From an uncultured virus (IMG/VR IMGVR_UViG_3300025133_000067) (lineage: Duplodnaviria; Heunggongvirae; Uroviricota; Caudoviricetes), in IMG/VR virus record IMGVR_UViG_3300025133_000067: a DNA stretch of 64,000 bases. One strand, 5' to 3'. Below the pieces are notes generated by a model. It ran no database searches and was not told the DNA's origin. It saw nothing but the letters and a program-made list of their open reading frames with translations. Made by a program: the position numbers and the translations under genes. Shown here piece after piece: positions 57,585-64,000 of the stretch (the stretch's first letter is position 1; each line of letters begins with the position of its first letter).

Positions 57585-58778
57585 TTAAAATAATGATGTA
57601 GAATATATTAAGTTTCTATTTAATGTTTGAAGACCTAAAACTATTAAAATTCTATTGATAGGGTCAATAACACTTTTTTCGAATTGAACCTCATAATCTA
57701 CTTCAGGTGCAAATTCATATGGATGTTCTCCAGTTTGATAAGCAAACATTGGACTAATATTATGTTTACAATGGTAAATCTTTAACTTTTCTCCATTACC
57801 ATTTAATTGATACTTTGATTTATATTTTTTATTATTGTTTAATAAAAAGTTATAAAAACCAGCAGCTCTTACATTTGCTGGACATTTAGTACCTAATTGA
57901 AATTCATTAGTATCATCAATAACATACTTGTCTATATTATTAGTTCTTTTATTAAAACAGATATGGTCTATATCTGCCAATTTGAAAGCTTTCTTAGATT
58001 TTTTTAGAAATTCTACAAGTTTTGCAATTGTACCTGCTGTTGGTTTTTCAGATAATAATATCTCTACCGCTTTTGTTAATTGTTTTCTTGCTATTGTTGG
58101 AGTAGAACTTTGTATAATATCAAAACCAATTGTTTTAATTTTACTTAAAGATTTGAATCTATCATCAACATCAAGCATATCAATCCATGCAATATCTTGT
58201 AAATATTTCTTTTTGGATAGCCAAATTCCACTATATGAAATTGTCTCAAGGTCAAAATATAAATAATTTTTAGTATTTAAGTCTACTGAATATTTCTCCA
58301 TTGAATTTGTAATAAAGCCATCTAACCTAATCTTATAAAGTTTCATTATAAATTGGTCGATTGTAAGTTTATCTCCTAGCCATTCAATAGATTCATACAT
58401 CTCTTCGAATTGAACATAGCATGAATCTGTATCGATATAAATTACAGATGGTTTTTTTACTTTTACGACTTTAATATTAAAATACTCATGTACTTTTACA
58501 TCTTTATGCCATAATTCATTAAAGTATAGATTTAGTCTTTCTTCAGAATATAGAATCGCTCCTTGTCCTTGTAATGTAATAGATTCTGCAATATCAATAT
58601 TAAAGAAATGAAACCACTTGTTTCCGAATGCACCATAAATAGAGTTAAGCGTAACTTTTACTGCTTGCTCATATGCTGTAAATTTCTTTGATAGGTTTTC
58701 GTAGTGTTCTTTTAATACTATCGCTTCATCTTTTGTGAGAGAACTTATATCTCTTTTAGTTAGCACATGTATGTTCAT
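57585..58778 (-). CDS. Family B DNA polymerase, C-terminal half (split gp43B-like)
   Basis: Motif B KVTLNSIYG, motif C YIDTDS, KKKY and SSTP; no exonuclease domain or motif A. Confidence 0.88.
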   Translation of the reverse strand: MNIHVLTKRDISSLTKDEAIVLKEHYENLSKKFTAYEQAVKVTLNSIYGAFGNKWFHFFNIDIAESITLQGQGAILYSEERLNLYFNELWHKDVKVHEYFNIKVVKVKKPSVIYIDTDSCYVQFEEMYESIEWLGDKLTIDQFIMKLYKIRLDGFITNSMEKYSVDLNTKNYLYFDLETISYSGIWLSKKKYLQDIAWIDMLDVDDRFKSLSKIKTIGFDIIQSSTPTIARKQLTKAVEILLSEKPTAGTIAKLVEFLKKSKKAFKLADIDHICFNKRTNNIDKYVIDDTNEFQLGTKCPANVRAAGFYNFLLNNNKKYKSKYQLNGNGEKLKIYHCKHNISPMFAYQTGEHPYEFAPEVDYEVQFEKSVIDPINRILIVLGLQTLNRNLIYSTSLF

Positions 58779-58781
58779 ATA

Positions 58782-59534
58782 TTAAGCAGATTGACATGTT
58801 GCGATAGTCAATAAAGTTTCTGAATCGTTAGATTTTAATACAACTCTATTACTTAAAACATGAGCAGTGTAATCTTCTTTATCTAAAAGGTTTAAGTATT
58901 TTTTGAATAACGTTACATCTCCACTTTCATCTCCATTTGCAGTTGCGGTAACTAACATATTGTATGTTTTACCTTTTAATCTTACACCATCTTTCTTTCT
59001 TTTAATTGAGAATGTTTCATCTTTGTCAATTGTAAATAGAGATTTTACTTTAGCAATACTTGGGTAATCAAATTCAAAATCAAAGTTTGCGCCATCAATA
59101 TTAAAAATAGAAGCTATTTGAGCATCTGATAAATCTTTATATCCTAATGAAGGTTCAGAACATGCTAATGTTATTTCTAACTCATCATTATAAATTTTGA
59201 AACTTGATGCTACACAATCTTCATCATTTTCAATAAATTCAAATTCACCTCTAATAGATTCTCCATCAAATTGTTTGAATGCTTCGATTAATCTTGCCGC
59301 ATCAAAGAATGCAATTTTTAATTCTTTTTCTGTTGTAATCTCTCCATCTTGAATTTGAAAGATTTCTTTCAAAGGAACTCTATTATGTTTTACAGCATCT
59401 CTTTGTGGTAGATATGCTGAAGCTTCTACTACTTCATTTATAATCTTAAAATATACGAATGAATCAATAACCTTTAATCTGTTTATAAATCCTACAAATG
59501 CTCCTTGGTTTACTTTACTAATATTTACTTTCAT
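58782..59534 (-). CDS. Sliding clamp (gp45-like)
   Basis: 250 aa beta/alpha two-domain pattern next to the polymerase. Confidence 0.6.
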   Translation of the reverse strand: MKVNISKVNQGAFVGFINRLKVIDSFVYFKIINEVVEASAYLPQRDAVKHNRVPLKEIFQIQDGEITTEKELKIAFFDAARLIEAFKQFDGESIRGEFEFIENDEDCVASSFKIYNDELEITLACSEPSLGYKDLSDAQIASIFNIDGANFDFEFDYPSIAKVKSLFTIDKDETFSIKRKKDGVRLKGKTYNMLVTATANGDESGDVTLFKKYLNLLDKEDYTAHVLSNRVVLKSNDSETLLTIATCQSA

Positions 59535-59537
59535 TTT

Positions 59538-59720
59538 TTATTTTTTTGTTAATTCATATTTATTTGCTAATGTATTCCATATCACCATTAACGCTGTTGT
59601 GCCATATATAGTCATTTCTGGAGACACACTAGCCTCTATAACATCTCTAGCATAATCAAATGCTTCTTTAATGTTTTCTCTATCCGCAAACATTGGTGTC
59701 GGTGTTAGTTTTTCTGTCAT
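59538..59720 (-). CDS. Hypothetical protein
   Basis: EAFDYA...TALMVIWNT; class II promoter at 59736-59762. Confidence 0.55.
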   Translation of the reverse strand: MTEKLTPTPMFADRENIKEAFDYARDVIEASVSPEMTIYGTTALMVIWNTLANKYELTKK

Positions 59721-59763
59721 TTTATTTAATTTATTATTATATAAGACAATCTTAACTTGTTTA

Positions 59764-60804
59764 TTAAAATAGCCTATCTGTATTTAAGTTATTTGCAAAA
59801 AACCGTTCCATTAAATCTCCACCAGCTCTTGCAACTCTTCTTCTTGTAATTAGATTTGTATTATTACTTAATCTATGGTATACTCCAAATTGACAAAGAC
59901 CAACCTCACATCCATAAGTTTTTAATTCATTTTGCTCATCTGTTAATATTCTTTGACCATTCACTACAACATTGTGAGTTGACTCATGTAAAAATATATC
60001 GCCTATTAAATCAACATAATTCTCTCTAAACCAAATAACTCTATCACCATAAGGAATTGTACAATCTTCTCCAAATAATAAATCTAAAGTTAACCTAGCT
60101 CCTGGTCCAGGTACACAAAATCTTTCATCGTGGTTTGCGTTGATTGCAGGATTTACTGAATTTGAAGTAGCACAGTGATAACCATAATATTGTCCAACTC
60201 CTTCCAATGTCTTTAATATATTATATAATTCCTCAAGAGAATTTGCTTGAGACATTTGTTTTGTTATTCCTCTTGGTATAAATGAGGCAACCCAAAGTAA
60301 TATATTTATTTTATCAGCGTTTCTTTCAAGTCCTCTAGATTCTGCAACAAAACCGTTAGACGCGCCAAATAAACTTGTTCTAAGTTCTGTTGTTCCATAT
60401 ATTGGTAGTCCTAAATTTACAGCATCATCAAGATTTTTACGAATCTCATCTTCATAATCTCTATCAATCAATAATCTTTCAAAATCTACAAGTGCTGTTT
60501 TAGGATTGGAATCTCTTGTTAGTATTTGGTGAATACCTCTACCTCCATAGAAGTGAGAAATTATTGTATTACATATAATATTGTCAATGCTCATGCTTGA
60601 CGTTACAATATTCTCCATAATATATACCATCCTATCATCTAATACAATTGCAGGATGAAAATATTCTACATCAGGCCCTAATGCTTCATCGCCCTCATTA
60701 TCATATGAATCATAAATACCTCGTTGCCATAAAGCTCTATCATTAATCTTATTAAAGAAATAACCTACTCTTTCGATTAATTCCATGTCTACCTGATCTA
60801 TCAT
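59764..60804 (-). CDS. HhH-glycosylase-fold base-hypermodification enzyme (aGPT-Pplase / amino acid:DNA transferase / 5hmU-kinase helical-domain-like)
   Basis: L.GVGQYYGYH HhH motif, PGPGA...L..LF and E..LCQF..Y match the GPGA...ExxLCEFxKY signature of this family. Confidence 0.65.
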   Translation of the reverse strand: MIDQVDMELIERVGYFFNKINDRALWQRGIYDSYDNEGDEALGPDVEYFHPAIVLDDRMVYIMENIVTSSMSIDNIICNTIISHFYGGRGIHQILTRDSNPKTALVDFERLLIDRDYEDEIRKNLDDAVNLGLPIYGTTELRTSLFGASNGFVAESRGLERNADKINILLWVASFIPRGITKQMSQANSLEELYNILKTLEGVGQYYGYHCATSNSVNPAINANHDERFCVPGPGARLTLDLLFGEDCTIPYGDRVIWFRENYVDLIGDIFLHESTHNVVVNGQRILTDEQNELKTYGCEVGLCQFGVYHRLSNNTNLITRRRVARAGGDLMERFFANNLNTDRLF

Positions 60805-60810
60805 AGTTCT

Positions 60811-61503
60811 TTATTTTATAAAGGAACAATCGTAACCTATCAAATTATCTGTAAATATTATAATTGGTTCTATTTTGTTTTTTGGATATTTTTCTACAAG
60901 GCTTTGAATAGCATCTTCAATTAAGTCTTTATGAGAACCAGCATGCATTTCTATAAGTAAAACATCTGGATAATAGTCTAAAACATCTTCTAGAATTTGG
61001 TATTCTGCCCCTTCTATATCAATCTTAATAATATCTGGAGAATATTTATTTGCAAGTTCATTAAATCTAATATTTTGAACTTCATCATACTCTTTGAACT
61101 GATTATTTTTCTTCTTTATAATAGAAGTAGAACAATGATTCTTTTGGCTATTATTTTTGTATATCTTTATAGTATCATCTTCAAGAGCTGAGACAGCAGC
61201 ATGAATTACATCTACATTTTCTGAATTTTCAAAAGAATCTGCTAACATATTGAAGTTTCTAAAGTCACACTCGACTGCAATAACTTTAGATGCTCCAAAG
61301 TCCATTGCTATCTTTGAGAAACCTCCGACATTGGCTCCTAAATCAAGACAAACTTTATTGGTATAATCTACTCCTGGAATTAAATAATTTACAATACTTT
61401 CTCCTATCATGTCAGCGTCTACTCTTTCAATTGCGCCTAAAAACTTTTTATATTCTGCTTTAAGTTTTCTTTTTGTTTTTCTGTCTATTGGTAATTCAAT
61501 CAT
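60811..61503 (-). CDS. FkbM-family SAM-dependent methyltransferase
   Basis: LDLGANVG, VIAVE, AAVS, KIDIEGAE and IEMH. Confidence 0.88.
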   Translation of the reverse strand: MIELPIDRKTKRKLKAEYKKFLGAIERVDADMIGESIVNYLIPGVDYTNKVCLDLGANVGGFSKIAMDFGASKVIAVECDFRNFNMLADSFENSENVDVIHAAVSALEDDTIKIYKNNSQKNHCSTSIIKKKNNQFKEYDEVQNIRFNELANKYSPDIIKIDIEGAEYQILEDVLDYYPDVLLIEMHAGSHKDLIEDAIQSLVEKYPKNKIEPIIIFTDNLIGYDCSFIK

Positions 61504-61505
61504 AT

Positions 61506-61886
61506 TTATTTTTTTACTAAATTAGAAACTACATGTACAATTTCAATAGACTCATGATTTTCTTTTATAATGTCATATTGGATTTTGTCATCTTCAAAGA
61601 ACCTAGAAACTACAAGGCCTATTTCTTTTAATTCTTTTATTGTTTTTGCTTTATGTTTTCCTGATAATCTTCTGCATTCTACTGTATGGTTGCCTCTCTC
61701 AGCCAAAGACATCGGATTAAAATAAACTTCATTTGTAATTCCTCTCTTATCTAAGATATTTCTTACATACTCTTGTTCGTCATAGCAACGACCTGTTATA
61801 ATAACATCATTTTTGCAGCATGGGTTAATACCAATAGATATGACACCATCAAAATCATAGCCATTAATTTCTATAGTATCTTTCAT
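61506..61886 (-). CDS. Capless HAD-superfamily phosphatase
   Basis: YDFDGV (DxD), ITGR, HKA (Lys) and FFEDD. Confidence 0.8.
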   Translation of the reverse strand: MKDTIEINGYDFDGVISIGINPCCKNDVIITGRCYDEQEYVRNILDKRGITNEVYFNPMSLAERGNHTVECRRLSGKHKAKTIKELKEIGLVVSRFFEDDKIQYDIIKENHESIEIVHVVSNLVKK

Positions 61887-63073
61887 TAAGCTTTAACTTT
61901 GTCCATTTGCTTTGAAGTAGACTCAGTCAACCTACGGTTCGCTAATTCAGTACACTCATAAATAGCATCTGAAAACATCATTTGGTCTGGTGGAGTTTTT
62001 TGAGTAAATGCTGAAGGACCTCTTAATGCTCCTACAACTCCTAATTCTCTAGCAACTTTCAAATATCTAATTGCGTCGATTACAACTCCTCCAGAATTTG
62101 GACTATCTTGAACACTTAATTGAGCATCAAATATTACTGGAGAACCACCAAATCCTTCAAGCTCTAATCTAAAGTTTGCAACTTTGTTATCTCCATAGAA
62201 GTGAATATACTCAGAAGGTCCAGCATGTAAGAATGAATCTTCAGTAGAAATATCTCTAATTTCATTCTGAGCTCTAATAACATTTTCTTTAGAAATCTTC
62301 TTTGAAGCTAATCTACCCTTATCTTCCATATTTAAGAAATCGGTATTACCACCTACATTTCTTTGAATGTGTGCTTTTACATGGTGACCTCTTTCAAAAG
62401 CTAATTCTTGTAGCATTTGAGATACAATACTTGCACCAAATTGAGAACGCATATCGTCTCCAATTAATGGAATACCAGCATCGATAAATCTTCGTTCCCA
62501 TGCAGGGTCAGATGCAATAAATACTGGGATACAGTTTACAAAAGAAATTCCAGTTTCTAGACAAATTTCAGCCCAAAATTCTGTAGTCTTTTGAGAACCT
62601 ACTGGTAAATAATTAACAAGAATCTCAACCTTCTTAGCTTTTAATTCCTTAATGATTTTATCCTTCCATTTTCTTTCTAATCTATTAGTCCAAGATACTC
62701 TATTCATATCTGTAGAATTTCTTAACTTTTCAGAAACTAAGAATCTATTTTCTTCAGGATAATTATCCATAAGTCCAGCATATCCATCAATAACTGGTGC
62801 TTCAAGTACAGGAGCCTTAGATTTAATTTTATCTACAATTTTCCATGCTGAATTTGGTCTTTGTTGAAGTGCTTCACCTAATGGTAAACCAATTTTACGC
62901 TCATCAATATCAAATCCTAACACGAATTCAACATCACCTGCTAAATATCCTCCAATATCTGGTTTCATTACTCCAGTTTTTGCATTAGTATGTTCGCCAT
63001 AATATTGAACTCCTTCTACTAATGACTTTGCACAGTTTCCTGTTCCGATAATTCCTACTTTAATTTTACTCAT
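61886..63073 (-). CDS. ino1: Myo-inositol-1-phosphate synthase
   Basis: GTGNCAKSLVEG, NYLPVGS, NCIPVFIA, GDD.RSQ.GA, NVGGNTDFLNM, SKKISK, DNK and DSPNSGG. Confidence 0.95.
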   Translation of the reverse strand: MSKIKVGIIGTGNCAKSLVEGVQYYGEHTNAKTGVMKPDIGGYLAGDVEFVLGFDIDERKIGLPLGEALQQRPNSAWKIVDKIKSKAPVLEAPVIDGYAGLMDNYPEENRFLVSEKLRNSTDMNRVSWTNRLERKWKDKIIKELKAKKVEILVNYLPVGSQKTTEFWAEICLETGISFVNCIPVFIASDPAWERRFIDAGIPLIGDDMRSQFGASIVSQMLQELAFERGHHVKAHIQRNVGGNTDFLNMEDKGRLASKKISKENVIRAQNEIRDISTEDSFLHAGPSEYIHFYGDNKVANFRLELEGFGGSPVIFDAQLSVQDSPNSGGVVIDAIRYLKVARELGVVGALRGPSAFTQKTPPDQMMFSDAIYECTELANRRLTESTSKQMDKVKA

Positions 63074-63110
63074 AATTGTTTACTTAAATATTTTTATTTA
63101 TTGTTATGTT

Positions 63111-63137
63111 ATTATATGATTATTTCTGAAAAAGTTT
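63111..63137 (-). promoter_or_regulatory. Class II promoter driving the ino1 operon
   Basis: GAAAC TTTTTCAGAAATAATCA TATAAT. Confidence 0.7.
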
Positions 63138-64000
63138 CAAAATAAGCTGTTAACTTTTTGCTCTAATGCAGTGTTTTTTTCATTTAGGGTGAAATTATAT
63201 TGATAGTACTCTCGTGATATATGTACTGAACCAGGTTTCTCCATGTATTTTTTAGCAAAATACTCAGGCTTTGCATCATACCAATCTGATGGCCAATCAA
63301 TTGTCTCATACCCATCTTCACTAGATAATCTATCAATCTCATTATTGAAAATTTCCATCAATTGGTTTCTTTCTTGCTGAGTTCCAGCAAATGGAGTTCC
63401 TTTGTACCATCCTGTTTTTGGAATTCTTCTATCTTCATATTCAATAGGTAATAATTTAACTACACTAATCTTTTCAATATTAAGAGATTCTAAATGTTCG
63501 AAATAATTTTTTACTAAATTTTTTGTAGCATCAATTGGATTATCTTGTCTACATAAATGATGTCTAATATCTATATTACCAAAATAAGTTATAAGATGCT
63601 TTGTACCTTCTGGAATATAAGTTTCCATACCATCTTTAATTGCTCCAAATAAAGTCTTACCATCGTTTCTAGATATATTAGAACCTGGAACAAACACTGA
63701 AACAGCATGACTATCTCCTAAAATAAATGTAGATGAATCTAATGTTAAATCTACAGTTTCTATATTTTTACAAATATCTGTCAACTGCGCGACATCAAGT
63801 GCTTTCCAATTATCAGAACATGATTTTAATCTACTCTCAGTAAATGCACCAACATCTGGCATTTCTCTATTTATACAATACAATTGTCCATTATAATCTA
63901 ATAGTCTTTTAATTCTAGCAGCTGGTTCATCATTAGCTCCTCCAAATAAATTATAACTTCCAGCAAATTCCATAGGAAGAGCTACCATCCAAACATCAAA
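63137..64000 (-). CDS. SGNH/GDSL-like hydrolase-fold protein (5' partial)
   Basis: GDSH, FGNIDIRHH and SVH; the frame stays open to the window edge (FDVW-MVALP). Confidence 0.55.
   Translation of the reverse strand, partial: FDVWMVALPMEFAGSYNLFGGANDEPAARIKRLLDYNGQLYCINREMPDVGAFTESRLKSCSDNWKALDVAQLTDICKNIETVDLTLDSSTFILGDSHAVSVFVPGSNISRNDGKTLFGAIKDGMETYIPEGTKHLITYFGNIDIRHHLCRQDNPIDATKNLVKNYFEHLESLNIEKISVVKLLPIEYEDRRIPKTGWYKGTPFAGTQQERNQLMEIFNNEIDRLSSEDGYETIDWPSDWYDAKPEYFAKKYMEKPGSVHISREYYQYNFTLNEKNTALEQKVNSLF

Noticed and set aside
1..64000. Stop-codon reassignment (as in some Bacteroidota phages)
   Set aside because: Core genes are intact and densely packed under the standard code, and TAG and TGA both end genes.

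Overview
A 64-kb, very AT-rich segment of a T4-like (Tevenvirinae-type core) large or jumbo myophage, almost entirely encoded on the minus strand in the standard genetic code. The host is probably Bacteroidota/Flavobacteriia: there are TAnnTTTG-type promoters, A-rich leaders without Shine-Dalgarno sites, an Hc1-like histone and a protein resembling Bacteroidota T9SS cargo. Layout: (1) about 1-23.7 kb is accessory, metabolic and lysis genes (M23 peptidase, PD-(D/E)XK nucleases, KTSC, class II RNR, DNA ligase, putative capsid-targeted internal proteins, lytic transglycosylase, sigma factor, CCA enzyme next to a CCA-less tRNA-Glu, dead metallophosphoesterase, guanylate kinase). (2) about 23.8-51.2 kb is morphogenesis (tape measure, gp26/gp51-like, tube, enlarged sheath, terminase, neck, gp23, protease-scaffold fusion, portal, gp2, gp4, gp55, gp15), interrupted by RNase H and clamp loader genes. 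(3) about 51.2-59.5 kb is replication/recombination (gp46/47, gp41, UvsX, C-terminal half of a split PolB, clamp). (4) about 59.8-64 kb is a candidate novel DNA-hypermodification operon: inositol-1-phosphate synthase, HAD phosphatase, FkbM methyltransferase, HhH-fold aGPT-Pplase/amino acid:DNA transferase-like protein, plus an SGNH-like protein. Three promoter classes read directly from the sequence suggest a host sigma -> phage ECF-like sigma -> gp55 cascade. All family calls come from motif recognition by eye; no database searches were run.
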